Positions 22,241-36,417 of a stretch of 64,000 nucleotides of DNA are shown one piece after another. Below the pieces are notes generated by a model, which worked only from the letters and a program-made list of their open reading frames with translations, was not told the DNA's origin and searched no databases. Made by a program: the position numbers and the translations under genes. Source of the DNA: Massalongia carnosa (lineage: Eukaryota); the NCBI GenBank assembly GCA_965645245.1, contig OZ287080.1, positions 1,550,001 through 1,614,000 of the forward strand, read 5' to 3'. Numbering within the stretch: position 1 is the first letter of the stretch; each line of letters starts with the position of its first letter.

Positions 22241-24199
22241 CAGCGCGACTTTTGGGGATCAAATCCCCTTTGGAGGGAGCACGCTAGAGAATGAAGTTAG
22301 CATATATTTGCTCTATGCCACACTGATACTATTTCGTGGTGGTTGTAGATGATGGGTTAGATGTAAAATAGGGGTAGAATGATGACGACGAGGGAAGAAG
22401 ACTTCAATGAAAAGGAGGGTACATCAAAACTAGTAGTATATATCATAGAAGGGCAATAAAACTGCAAGACTTACTGTTGTGCTCCCAGAAATGCATAATC
22501 TTCGATGATGTTTTTCATCCCTACTCCCCCTACCCTCCCGGCCACCCTCTCGCCCACCATCCATCATATCTCCGTCTACCATCCCTAGCTCCACGGATTC
22601 CTCGAACCCCGCCTCCGCCACACTTCATTCTTCCAAAGGTAAAGCTTCGCTCTCCCCTTCCGATTTTCCTTTGTTTTTATTTTATTTATTTGACACTTTG
22701 TGTTTTGATAGCCCCCTTATCAACATGCACCCTTCATAGGTAAGTCTCCAACATCTCATCCTTCCCTTCATCTTTTCTTTCTACTTTGTTTGATTGTGAC
22801 TTATGCTAAGAAAACCCTTCTCTCGATAGCGTCCACTTTATATATACCTCTCGCTCGCTCTCTACACTTGGGTTTAATTCCTTTTCTTTTGTGTGCAGCG
22901 CCCGTAATCTTAATCCGTCCGGAGATAGATATCTCTAATTATGTGGAGATATACTGTGCTAAATCGGACAGCAGGCAACTGCCGTTTCATACTCTGCTAT
23001 GCTGTACATCGAGGCCTAAGATTCTGCCTCTTTTCGTGGTGTTCCAGCCTGTTTATTTAGCCAACGATGAATGAAAAAATGGTTATCCTAAGAGCCAAGG
23101 CCAATTATGTACGCCTTCCATCATAATCATCGAATATCCTGTAAAAGCTCACATTTCTTATTAGCATATCTTTCCTCAGGAATCCCATAATTCAAAAACT
23201 ATGTCTTCTACGCCAAAATTAAAGAAACACTTGCCAGTACCTAAAAAAACCGCATGATGATTCCAGTTGCCATCCAACGCAATACATAGCTTGAACCTTT
23301 ACAAGAATGAGGCCGGTAGTATCTGTGCCATAGATAGGGCAGCTCTTGCAATACTCAGCGAATATGGGCAGTCTCGTCCGCTGCGATGAGTTAATGGATA
23401 TCATCCCTTGTCTTTGAATGAGGCTGACGCTTCGGACTGCTGTGTGCTAAATACGCCTTGTTCGGAATTAGCTCTACTGGCCAAGCTTAAAAACAACGCT
23501 CTCTTGGTATTGGATGCATTCTCAGTTCGTTGATAGACTATGATTAATGTCCGCAGTTTGAATCATGTCGAGTAGTCATCAAGGTATATGCAACGAACAT
23601 ATGCAAGTTGATCAGTGGATAGATTTGACCCCTTGCCCTTAACCTAGCGCAAGCTATAAACAATTCTCCACAAGTTGGTCCAGCCTACTCTGGGCTAAGA
23701 GGAGGGCAAGACTATTGGCTCACCGGGAGCCTTGATGCCTCCGGTTTGTAGTAAGCTCCACGTTAGAGCCAACTTGGGAGCTCTCAAGCTTCGGCGACAT
23801 TAAGTCGATCTAAGGCAGCATGTCCCGACAGACGCCACAGTATCTATCGTTACCTAATTACACCCCACGAAGTGACACGAAAAACTTATATCGCGCGCTG
23901 GTGGGAAGGGCCTCTGCTGCAGTACAAATCACTTACAAGGCTCCTAATAGGTACTTTGTTTTCACTTCGCTAGTCTGTTAAATAGTTTATATATAAGAAA
24001 GAATGGTAAAGGTTAAAAACGCAGAAAAAAGGAAAAAGGAAACAGGAAAGCCATATATTTGAAGGAAGCAGAGAAAGGAGCAAGAAAGAGAAGCAGAATT
24101 TGAAGTCTGGGCACACGATTATCCCTGGAAGGCGAGGACAATCGCCGAAGACTACTGTTGGGCTAAAGGCCCTTTCTCGCTCTCGAGCAAGATCGGTCA

Positions 24200-27100
24200 A
24201 TACCAATCTACTCAATATCAATTAAACGAACTATTAAGCCCTGTAGAGGCGGATCCAAGAACGGCCATTCTTAGTGCATCGGAAAACGCTTTGGAGTTGA
24301 AGAATTCAGTGGACTCTATAGTATACTTCTGTTTTGACATCTGGCAGCTGTCGCGGCCAAACGAAGCCACCGGGATTGGTTTCGAGAGTCAAGGGACCGC
24401 TCCCTGCAAAGTTTTTCATATCAGCCGCGTCGGACAAATCATTTTGGAAAAGTAGATGACTGGATTCGACAAACCTTAACGTGGGTTAGTAGTTGATCCT
24501 ATGCAAAGGAATTAGCAGAACCGAATGGTAGATGATTTCAAGGAGTATAAACCCCTATTCCCGTGTCAGCTCACGGCCCCATGAAAATCGAATGGTGCTA
24601 GCGCGTTTTCCTAGATGGTAGAAATCCTAACGCACCAAAACACCTGCAAGCGATTAGTTATGAAATGATCGGCCAAAAACCTTGGTCGACCGTTTTTAAT
24701 ATTATCAGATTATGCAGCACAGACTTACGTAACCGATCCTCTAATCGCAGCTATTATCCGGCTCCTCGATAGGGGTTTGGCCCTCCAAAAGGTGGTCTAA
24801 AAGCGCTCTCTACTGGCTAGCTCGAACCCTTTCTCACCGATAGCTCGGTGCTCTCCTCAAGTTGGGCTAAAATTTCTACAAGAGTATGAGTACCACCTTT
24901 CTAAAGAATCAGCAAAAATGCCCTCTTTCAGGGATGATAGTATCGTGTCACAATTGTCAATAAGGAGTAATAGCAAAAAGAAAGCTTCTACTTCCTTGCA
25001 ACACCCACAAACCAGCTCGACAAGGACTAGGATTGGCTTTCCATTGCCGTTTCACCTATCAAGAGGTCATTTTCCATGACAGTTTGATTATATGCTGTGC
25101 AACAGCGGTACATGAAAAATCATGTCCTTAGCTCGTTCGGCCCACTCAAGATTAGGATTAGCTAGATGCTTGAAGATGGTCTCTTGGCTCAGTCATTGTA
25201 AAAAGACTTGTATAAGACTGTCATATGCTCTGAAAAATGTCGGTTAGTGCCTGGATTACAATAATGAAAGTGGGGGAAACCTTTGTCGGGCATAGAGCAC
25301 CTAATCAGCTGTTCCCTTGCGTTGCGATAGAGCCCATATTACCAGACCCCATAGGTTTTCAGAAAACGACCAAACCGAATGATTGAATCTAGACGGTTCG
25401 TAGAAAAGAGTGAAGAAATCTATCGTGATGTTTCTGGGGGGGGGGTATAAGGGCGGATCTACCTTGAGGATAACGGAATGATCTTATCGAAGAGAGGGTA
25501 CCTGTACCATGCCTCAATCTGAAAATTAGACTCATTAGTCCAACAATCTATCAACAGACCTGTCATACAATGTTAAGTCTGAACTTCACACGATAAATCA
25601 GACTATGATTGGCGCGCTTATCAGCAGTCTGTGGCGCAGCGGGCAACAGTCAGCGCATCTTCAACGTATTTCTGACAGGCCTATTAGGATGAGAACTTTC
25701 AGGCAGTCGGTATGTAAGAGAAAGGAACCGAGTTTTCCATTTTCGAGAACCACTACCAAGGCTGGTCTTAGAGTAGATACCCTACCCAAAAATTTGGGCC
25801 CATCATTCCTTTCCTGCTGGAAAACGATACCACGAGTAGGAAGATGCGTTGGAGCATAGAGACCTTTCTGTGCCACAGCACGAGACGTGGTTAAGAGATA
25901 AGCAAAGTCCTTGGCCGTTTATGAGAACTACGCAGATTGAGCTTTGGTGAAGACAGGGCCCTTAGAGCTATACGCAGAATTTTGGCCTGCATTGTTACAC
26001 TATCACCTTTAGAAAGTTTGGCTCGCGACTCTTAAGGTCAAAAATTCTTAACCCTCCGTCAACCCCTTTGGGGTACCATTGTTTGAACATTATTATGGAG
26101 CGAGCTCACGCGTGCATACCGGGAAGAAAGCAATGCTGATCCCTTTCATAGACTAGTAATATCACCCGAGAGTTGAAGTGAAGCCCGATCTGATATATGG
26201 ATAGTGTCCTTCATCCGTACCCTTTCGTCTTCCTGGTGCCTGTCGACGGATTTGTATTAATTGAAGAAATAGTTGATGCATCTAAAAGAAACAAGCAGCG
26301 AGGAAATCCACGGAGAATTTTACGACTTTTCGTCATTTTCTGCAGTTTACCACACGGGAAGCTAATGGCACAGTTTTATCTTTTGATCTGCAGGAGCGCC
26401 TTTCGATTTAAGATCGACATTCGGCATGAGGACGTTGAAGTCAGACCAAGGACTCCTAATATAGTACTTGAACATTATCTGATGATCTTGAGAAAGATGA
26501 GAAAGATATTGGGAAATACGAATAAGAGGAGCTTAAGGAATCTTCATTTGGGATTCTTCCTATAAGAGATGTATACAAGCTAGGTTAGCATAAGCACTGT
26601 TTGAGAGACTCGAGTTCGATAATAGAAAGAAATAACTGATCTAAGTAGGAGAAATCAAGGGTCTATCTCAAAAGATCCATGAAGCTTCGACCTCTGCTTT
26701 CTCGTACAGATTTTATACACATACCTCGCTCAGCTTGGGGGAAAGTAAAACACGTACTTACTGGAGACCATACCCTATTACAAAACCTAGTTCTCGTATA
26801 CAGGGCGACATTCATCAATAAACTTTGAAAAAATGTAGCAGAAAACTAGCTTTGATGTCGGCGAGGTCGAGAACTGGAGCCCTTGAAGCAGAAGAAAACT
26901 CCCACAAAGCAGAATATTAGCAAGCCTAAACGCCTCTAGATATATGTCAAAGAGAACTATACACATACTCTGTGAATATATTCTAAGATATATGGCCATG
27001 GTTGTTCTTGATGCTAGGTTTGGAGGTAGAAAGGTGAAAGTTGTGAAAAATGGGGTGAGTGCACCTTGGGGCAAAACAAAATTGGAAGATTTTGACCATC

Positions 27101-27650
27101 AGCCAGATCAAAGATGTTCATTCATACACGTCGTCGCTTGTGATGGTGATACTTCTAATATATAATGTCGAGTTAGTAGGCGCGGTGTTGGTGAGGAAGA
27201 TGGAGGTGGTGAAAAACGGGTTTGGTTGAACTTAGCTGGACAGTGCCAAATCCCTCGATCTTGATCGCCAGGAAGCTCCAATGCGTTGAATAACTTACGT
27301 CGTCGCTAGTCATATATCCACTAAAGCTCCTCCTCAATGATAAAAATAAGTACTTGTCGTTAATGATGATGGTTGACGATGAAGCTGACATAGCGCCATG
27401 AATCTTGATCTCAAAAGATCACGAACTCCCACCTCCAACATGGTAAAACCGATCAAGGAAAAGCCGTCGTCGCCTATTATAGACATGATTACGTTTTTAT
27501 TCGACGATGGAAGGAACAGCTTGATGATAGCGTACACGGTGGACAAAGAGGGAGGAAAGACATACTTGTGGAAAAGGAGGAGCATCATCCAGTTCACTCA
27601 CAGGAATAATTCACAACTGTGAATCGGCCTTTCCACCGCCATTACTGATC
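24200..27650 (-). pseudogene. Heavily decayed multi-exon gene of unidentified family
   Basis: Protein-like minus-strand frames broken by many stops and frameshifts (e.g. IP*APLIRISQYLSHLSQDHQIMFKYYIRSPW); residual intron signals; boundaries approximate. Confidence 0.3.
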
Positions 27651-28320
27651 ATCATAAATAATCTACGCATCTAATCAACGATTAGTGAGGGTAAGGGAGA
27701 TGGGGGAGATGGGGCTGTTTAGTTTTCTGCGGTTTTTCCTTACGAAATCCCCCACCGATTCCGTAATTTTAGCGCACGTCTGACGCTGTGGACATAAGAT
27801 ATAGTGCGATTCAATGGGTGTCCCGTTCGACAAAGACTATGAGGTTATTGTTACTGTACATTCGTCACACCTGCGCGGTCACGGAGGACTAGACATTAGA
27901 TTAACATATTGCCGGTCCACCCTATCAGCTATTTAGATGCATCAGCGTTATACAATCACAAGGAAAAATAAAATTTACAATGTCAAGCACTCGATAGCAT
28001 GGAATGAGATTTCAGTAGAGTATCTCTTTGGATTGCTATGAAAAACAAAGGGGAACTAAGCCGCATGGAGGCGACCAAATACCACATAGGAGACTTTACA
28101 GCACGTGCTTGGCTTATGTGACGTTTCAAACCTAAGTTTACCGTCTTCCCCGAACCGATCTGGCTGGAAAACTCCGCGCCTCTGGTCCGATCTAAGAACC
28201 CTCTTTGGAAATGTTGTAGCATCCAAACGCAAGTTCGTCTCGCACAGATACCGATATTAATTCCAGCAAATGCTCGCCACTCACAGCGAACGAGACTACT
28301 AGGAAAGCGCCATTAGCAAA

Positions 28321-30295
28321 CTAAAGCGCCGAAGTGCGCGAAAACAAAGAACTATAGACTGCATCGACGACAGGCTGAGCGCTGATCTGGCGTCCGCCGA
28401 AGAAGCGGCCGTTGAGGCCCTTGATGGCGTTCTCGCCACCCTGAACGCGGTCGAACTTCAGGTAGATGTCGCCTTGGGTATTCGGATCTAAAGCAGCGTG
28501 AACGACTTTCCCATACTTTTCGTTACACTCAGCTCGAACGTCTTCCTCAAGCTCTTTAATCCAAGCCTCCCCTTCCTCCCTAATGGACAAGTTAGCATAA
28601 GCCTACACTTGCGAAAACTAAATACATACTCTGCAGGGTTGAACATGTTTCTAAGCAAAACACATCGACTGGCTTGGTTGACGCTGATAGGCAGAGGTTT
28701 GGCCTCAACCTTTGGCTTAATGACCTTGCGCTTCTCATCAGCCCCATTGGTGTCGGGTGCAGGTTCATCTGTTCTGGCAAGTTTCCTCATCAATGCATCT
28801 CTGCTATAATTATTGAAATTCACACCAGCAACGTCAGTGTCGTCGAGGGCGCTGGCACCCCCCCCGCCTTTCTCATTATCACGGCCTCCAGCACGGTCAA
28901 AGGCACCGCCAGCTCCGCCAGCTTGAGAACCCCGGCCGCCGTGTCCAGAAAAGGCAGATCCCTGATAGTTGCGTTGGTGTTCTTGTCCGTGGAACCTTTG
29001 AAGAAGATTCGCAGTGGATTCAGGGGTAAACTTATCGTTACCGAGGCCAACCCTAATGGGACGCCCAGCAAGATCAAATCCATTCATTTTCTCCAATGCT
29101 TCTCTAGCTTGGTTGGGGTCTCGAAACCTGAAGATAAGCGTTAACAAAAGACCGATAGGCACTCTTAGGAAAACCCACTGAACAAAACCATAGCCACGAC
29201 TACGTCCTTGCTCTTCCTTCTGCAATTGAACGAACTCGAGTTCACCGAATGGCTCAAAGACATTTTGCAAATCACTTTCTGTAATGCTGAAATGTATGTT
29301 TCCTACATACAACCTATGAAATGGGATCTGGTTAGGGTTGGTGGTGGTTGCCTCTGGGTTTCGAGCTTGGCGATTCTTCTCCGCTTCCGTAAGTTGGGCA
29401 ATGATAGGAATTCCTAGAAGCTTTTGGCCTGTAAGCTGAATAGCCTGAGCAACCGACTCCTCTTGCTTGAATTCAACATATCCAACTCTAAAAATCCTTG
29501 TTAGCGATCCACGAAGATTGAGCCCTGAGAACATTACCCTTTTGATCTTCCGCTGACCCTGTCCTTCACAATTTGAGCCTCTTTCACCGGACCAATCTTT
29601 TCGAAGAACGCAATTAGCTCTTTAGTCCTTAACCTAGCAGCAAGCTGTTGAACGAAGACTGTCCGACGATCACGCTCGTCTTCCGTGGGCTGAGGTGTTG
29701 GGGATTTACTTTTGGGGCGCTTGGGGCTTGGTGTTCGTTTGTGGCCGATATTGCGGTCACGACGGGGGCTTCTATCACGAACTCTGTCATCTTCATCTCG
29801 ACGGCTTCTACCGCCAGGTCGGTAATATCTATCATCTTCGGGGGATCTTGAGCGAGTACGGATACGTCCACCGCCACGATAGTAATCGCCGCCAGAGGCG
29901 CGGAAAGAATCATCAAGATCAGCTGAGTCCCTATGACGGCGTAAGTGACGTCTATCGCTGTCTCTACTACGGCTTCTCCTCCTGCTTCGATGACCATCCT
30001 GGGCGCTGCCTCGCTCACTAGGACTCTTCATTATTTCATCGCCATCCACAGCTTTTTCCCTCTTACTCTTATCCCTGCTTCGATCACGGCGCTTACGGTC
30101 TCTATCCCGATCCCGATCCCGATCCCGATCCCTCTCACGGCTCCCATCTCGATGACGTTCGCGATCGCGTTCACGGCGATCGCTCCGGTCGTTCTTTGGT
30201 TTACCATCGCGGTCCTTCGACCGAGCATCTTTCGCGTTAGAGGGTGCTGCAACGGCGGTGGAATCTAAAAGCGCCTCCACGTCAAGGCCTGACAT
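28321..30295 (-). CDS. pad-1: RBM39/CAPER-like splicing factor (fungal PAD-1): RS-rich region plus 3 RRM/UHM domains
   Basis: [14 protein letters not shown] repeats, [46 protein letters not shown]; 3 introns. Confidence 0.9.
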
Positions 30296-31055
30296 GATTG
30301 CGATAAGAAGGTGCCTTTGTGCGGCTTCGAACGCGCACGGTAAAAGAGATTCTTCACTTGGGTTGGTCAGACAGATCACCGATGGTGTGACGTTTGAGCG
30401 AACCCTTTTGATATGCGTTATGTGATTCGGACCCGGCTCTCAGAATACTCTGACCAAGCAAGTGGCCATCTCTAGTTGATATGGTACATAAAATGAGTGA
30501 GCGAGTAAGAAGTGTTATATGGATTGAAGGAATAGAGATTGAGACTTTATCAAAGTCCGTGCGGAGTACTACTTATTAGGTAATAGGACACTAATCACTT
30601 AAGGCAAAGCGTAATTAAGATACCTACACCAAGATCATCGGATCTTTCTTCCAACCATAATATTAAACACCACCCGGTTCCTTGAGACTACAGAACCTGG
30701 ACTCGAAGTTCTTACACCCAGCAAGGCAATAATTGAATAAACGCCGCAGTGATAAAAGAATATTTTAATGATTTTGATGGGAGAAACTTTTGGTGTAGAA
30801 TTTGTTTTGTCGCGTAGCTAGGTAGTTCGGCGCATTTGTACTGACCAGGCGCTTGTGTTAAGTATCAAAGGTACAATCAGCTGCTCATAAATAGATATTC
30901 AGTAATATAGACCGACAAATATGAAATTCATCCGAATGCTGGCATTCGTAGTGTACAGGTTACTACTTAATTTTACAACAGCCTATATAAAGTTGGTCAA
31001 TACAGCTAACAATGCCGATAACAATATAAAAAAGGCTCAGAAGTTGCTTGACAGT

Positions 31056-32312
31056 TTAAGCAGCCTTAGCAGCCTTAGTAAGTGCAATCTCAGTTCCAAA
31101 AACACGATCCCAGAATCGGCTGGTAACACCGAATCCATTCTGGAAATCGTCGTAATGATGTAGAAGGTGATACCTCTTCAGGTCCCGGTAGTAGGAAGGG
31201 ACTCTTCAATGGCTGTCAGTTGGACGGCAAGGAGAGAAGTTTGAAGATGCTTACGATTTATGATGGAGGAAATAATGGGTGAGGTCGTAGCAGATGTAGC
31301 CGAAAATTCCTCCACAGAAAACGGCCGTTGCGGCGAACCAGTCCCAATAGAATACTGTGTGCGCAAGCTTGTAGAACGGCGTTGCAAGCGCAATGAATAG
31401 CGTAGGAGGCATGACGAGACGCAATTTGTCCATGGGAAGGTAGTGATGTATGCCGTGAAGAAGGAAATGCGCCGTAATACCCACACGATTATCTGGTAAA
31501 TATCTGATGAGGTATTTAGCAATGCACTATTACTGGCAGCATCGCATGACGAACTTATCCACATGAAAGAGACCTCTGTGCATCCCGTATTCCACCAGTG
31601 TCCACAACCCGAGTCCAGTAAGCCAATAGAGCACGAATTGAAAGACCGAAGGTAAACCATTGCATGCGAGGAAGGATCCGTAGGCAACAGGCGGTAACCA
31701 GACGATGGGTATCACGTACCATGCGGTCTTGCTGAGCGGCTCGAGGAAATTTCCGAACAAAGGCGCTGACTCGCCATCCTTGTGTTTGGCTTGATGGACT
31801 TGCTCCAAGTAGAAATCCTTGCTAAAGCCGCCATTCCATACTTGCATAAGTAAAGGCTTGTTAAGATCGAGGAATTTATGTTTATCGGTCTTCACCGAGA
31901 GGTCCGCAGCCGATGACATTCCTGTTTGTTTATAGGCTGCAACTTCCCTAGTCACCCCCATGTCTTTTACTTCGCGTATACCTTTATCTTTTGAAGCGAG
32001 TTGGGGAATGCTTTCTGGTAGTTCACTTTGCCTTGCGCTTTTCAGGAGGGGTTCAGTAACCACAAACCCAATCAGACGTTCTTCGAGTATTTCATTGGCC
32101 GCTTCTGAGTGCGAGTGGGATATTTCGTCGCCCATAATCACCTCCACGTCTTTCCCCCCATATGCTAGTATCAAGTCTCCGCCTCCAGGATGCGCATCAA
32201 GGAAGGATGTAACATCATAGACCTTGGTCCCGATCGTCACGTAGCAGGAAGCCGTGGTATTCCGTGAGGCCACCTCGCATGCAGGAATATTAGGAAGTGT
32301 TCGGCCAGGCAT
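31056..32312 (-). CDS. SCS7: Sphingolipid fatty-acid alpha-hydroxylase (cytochrome b5 plus FA hydroxylase)
   Basis: HPGG b5 motif; His boxes HRGLFH, HGIHH, HYFLHH, HLLHH; GFGVTSRFWDRVFGT; 2 introns. Confidence 0.92.
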
Positions 32313-33162
32313 GGTTACAAGGTAAAAGTTAATCGGGATGGCCTTGATGATAAGGTAGTTATGTATGAAAAGATGGGGCTGTGCCCAAAAGGAAATTGTA
32401 TAAATAGTCAAATAAATTGAGGCTGAGACCACAAAACAAGGCAGAAAATGTCTGGAGTAAGCGCGGGTGGCGGCGGATGCAGGGAAAAGCCCCTAATTTA
32501 ACCTCACTTCTACTTCAGGAGAGATCCAAAACAATCCTCAACGTCGCTCAGATATGTAAGTTGTAGTTTTCAGAAGGCAGGCTAGCGTTCACGTTTCGAT
32601 ACAAGTTGGCAACTCCTTTTACTTGGCCTATGTCCCTCTTCCACGGTCGGGTATGATGTCTCCTCCACTTATTTGGACAATGATGGCATGCCTCTTTTGA
32701 TGATTATCTCCCTCACTCTCGTCTCGTATGCTGTTGTATCTAGCAAGTTTGGAGCGAGTCTTCCTTTCGAATGATCTAGATCGCGGTTGGTATTTTCGTT
32801 AATCTATTTACATGACATCTACGGAGTAAATGCCGCCCTTCTTGCAAATTTTAATTGTAGTGGGCATAGACGAATGAATCATCTATGGCTTGGGCCGGCC
32901 AAAAGAGTCAATAACTCCAAAGATATTCTTAGAGAAATGCCGTAGGTCCTCTCTAGCAACTTTTCCATGACAGACACTGATTAATCCTTGCTGTTTGCAC
33001 TAATTTCCTTGACAGAAGTGAAATATATTGAGAGATTTCCAGTTTGTAGTTTACATGATATTTACGTGTCACTTAATATTTTCTTTGTGGAAAGGTATCA
33101 AGGTATATTACTTCTTTGATATTCGTACAAGTATTAAATTACATCACTTATAATTTATCAAA

Positions 33163-33460
33163 GGGCGACATGGCGTAGTTGGTTAGAGCCTTCATTGGCT
33201 TTATTCAGTTTGCATTATGTCTATAGAATCCCCCTTTAAACGATTAGTAACTTGCTTATGGGTTTCCCTATTCAGCGTTACTTAGGTTTAGCGGCTCTCC
33301 TCGAGGAAGCGCAGCGCCCGAAGCTTTGAGTTGGATGGGGGTTTGCTAGTCAAATGAAAATCCTGAGAGAGAGGTTTCGTAGAATTCTCTTCACAAAGAG
33401 TCTGAGCTTTTGCCATCTTAACCTCCTAGGTTTGAGACCCGGTGAGCGCAGTCTTTTTTT
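33163..33460 (+). other. tRNA-like / Pol III-type locus (pseudo-tRNA with long insert, or tRNA-derived SINE)
   Basis: A-box-like TGGCGTAGTTGGTTAG near the 5' end, B-box-like GGTTTGAGACCC at about 33429, tRNA-Gly-like 3' half (TTGCCATC...GCGCA) followed by a T7 run; acceptor stem pairs poorly. Confidence 0.35.
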
Positions 33461-35699
33461 CATTATTTTTAAAATTTAAATAAAGAAATTTACTTACGCG
33501 CATTTTTTTCAATCTCGGACACTGAGAATTTACCACCACTCTTTAGCACTTTTTCAAGATTCATACTTTACTTTCTCTAATCATCATTATACTTTGGTAT
33601 CAACACCTGCCAGTCGGAGATGTCCACGTCCGGGGAGGAAAATACAATGAGAATGCGATGGGGCAGGACTGGTTTCGTCATGACGTATCTGACCCCTTAG
33701 GCTTTCAGACTCCGTGCGCCTACAGAACTACTACTACCAGTGATATTGGCTAGATTACCGGGGTGAAGGATTGAGAAGGGGTGGTTTCTGAGTCACATAG
33801 GGAACTGTTACCCGCTTCCAGATCCCCCTCCCACCCAACACCGGTCGATAATCTCAGACTCGCAGGCACGATTCAGGAGAAAGCGCATATATCTCTCATT
33901 TCGATAAGGGTTGATGAGTATGTATGAGATGAAATCTTTGCGTGAGCGGCACTAATGGAGAAGCAAAGCGAAGAGTTTATACGTTGTATTTTTCTCCTCC
34001 CCCTTTTCATATCGGGTCAGCCAGCACACCCGCTCGACTATTCTGTTTCCTTTTCTTTCCTTTTCGTCCGCTCACGTTTGCAAACCGGCAGAACCCCAGC
34101 TCTCCCCAACTATGTACATATACATACACCCTTCCTTCCCCTCCCTCCCCTCCCTTTTCCGGACACACTCTCGACATAATAAAATACAATAAAATAACAA
34201 ATCTTTAAGAAACATGGTAATTTTTTCTTTATCTATCTATCCTTCCAACAAATCGAGGGGAATATACTCAACCCAACATCATCATTTTTATTCATTATTT
34301 ACCTATGTACTTACCTACCTACCTACCTACATACCTACATACAGAGCACGCTTCACGAACACTTCCCTCCGCAAAAGGGAAAGACAATGAATGAACGAAC
34401 GAATGAATGAAAAATGAGCAGTTGCGTAAAGGAATTCACGGAGAAATCATCATCTACCTATCTATCTAGTTATTTATCTACGGGGGAACCGTCAGGGGGG
34501 TGGGGGTGTGTGGCCTGCGGAAACAAAATATGGATGGGGCTATTGTGCATCGTATTTCTTCCCACGCACAAAAACAGACAATTGTGCGGCGCGGGTTCAA
34601 TGAACGTTGTTGGTGGCAAGGATTTGGGAGGGGGGGGCGAAGCTCTTCGATACTCGTAAAATACCTAGTGTGGAGCAGATGGATCCAGCCAGATAGAACT
34701 CGCTTGAAATGCTTTTCCCCCCCGGAACCGAAACTGATGGATGGATGAATAAAGGCAAGCAAGGAATGAAAGGAAAGGAGAGGAAGGGAGAAACAACGAG
34801 ACACGAATGGTCGTCATTCGTTTAGGCTTGGTGGGTGGTGGTGGATGGGAGGTTGGAGGAGAGCTAAATACCTTAAGGGCGGTTGGGGGTATTCGGACAT
34901 GATCTTGAGATGGTCTCAAGATCCCGGACATGTCTTCGCTAAACTAGATACACCGGAAGGTTCCCGGTTTGTATGCTTTTTTGAGCGCTTTCGTGATTGA
35001 GATGATTCAACATTGTCCTGCACGTGTAAGATAGCTTAAAATTCGACTTGTGTTTGATGAGAAATATCTGCAGATCATATAAAGTCTGATATTATTTGAG
35101 AAATACGATAGTCTTGAAAAGAATATATCTCAGTGAACATTCATATTGATATGAATAGTGCTTTCCATTAAAGAGCACCTGAAAATGATTTAAAGATCGT
35201 CTCAGTTTTGACAAGATCTCAAGACCTTCAAGATCGTATTCAGGATAAAACGATCAGAAAACAATCCTATAAAAGAGATATCATGTCCATGCAACCTCGT
35301 TACAGCTGAGTTGTATTCGAGTTCACATGCTGTATTCGCCCAAATGATGATTAGGGAAACAAGTTATTGATTTAGTGACAGCTTCTAATTTACAGCTCTA
35401 TGAATGCTATCATCCTCATGCCATGTTTCCCGTTCTCGTTGCTGTCTCGCACGATCTAGTCTTGAATGGCTTCATCGATTCATTCCCGTACCTCCTCTCA
35501 CAACATGTATGAAACCGATGAAACAAGGCAGATAAGAGACGTGCCTTGAGGACCTGCAGAATAAGACTGTTAGCTTGAATTGCAATATGCGCAGAGAACA
35601 CAACGTATCAAGCGACCATGTAGAAGAAAGGGCAGCCTGACGCAATAAATAAATTAGTCTCAGTTCTTTCATACAAGTTTGAATGCGATAGATCAATCA

Positions 35700-36417
35700 C
35701 CGAATTTATGATGGGGAGTGTCGGCAAAACTCAGCTGTTCTGACCTGACAAACCCTTCTCGCCTGAGAAGATTCCAGAGAAGATTTCTAAAACGGCCTCC
35801 TGGGAAACGTCCTTCTCGGAGACGTCCTTCTTGGAGACGTCCTTCTCGGAAATGGCCTTCTCGGAAACGGCCTTCTCCAAGAGAGTCTGCTTTGGCATGA
35901 CTCTAGGTTCTCTATCGTCTGCTAGCTGTAGTTGCATCATCATTGTCAGCAGAATGGGAAGAACTCTCACAAAAATTCAGCAGCATTGAGTATGCTCAAA
36001 CATTGCTTGACATGTTATTCTTCCACCCGCAATTTAGCTTTGATGGCATTCGACACTTTGCTTGATAATTTATCGTAAGTGACGTGAGGACTAATCCTCA
36101 TATATTGCTGAGCTTGATCAAACCGAGCATGAAAGAGTAGCCTCAACGCTCGATCAAGTATTTCAACGTCTTAAGTCCTCGACAGTGTAGATTCTTGTCG
36201 GTGACAAGCTCAACAAGTGTCGCAAGTTCATTTCATCTTGATTGTATTGCTCCTGCTCGATTGAAGTTAGTTTGCTGTAATTTTGTCTCAACTTCTTGAT
36301 CGTTGTCGTCTCCAAAACAATATCTTTCAAGGCAGTTATCTCATCTCCGTCTTCATCACTTTGAAAAGCATCACTATCATCCGATGTCACCTCGAATTCT
36401 TCGTCATCTTGCAGCAT
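35700..36417 (-). CDS. Transposon accessory ORF (acidic N-terminus, EKDVS-type repeats), probably disrupted
   Basis: ORFs 36163-36417 and 35731-35970 directly downstream of the transposase, inside the TIRs. Confidence 0.35.
35803..35880. repeat. 15-bp tandem repeat, about 5 copies (GARACGTCCTTCTCG-like)
   Basis: Seen directly; encodes EKAVS/EKAIS/EKDVS on the minus strand. Confidence 0.85.

Noticed and set aside
33900..34860. TACC/GAAT microsatellites and poly-G/C tracts resembling those at 14805-15300 and 11330-11520
   Set aside because: Similarity is limited to low-complexity words; no alignable element boundaries were found.
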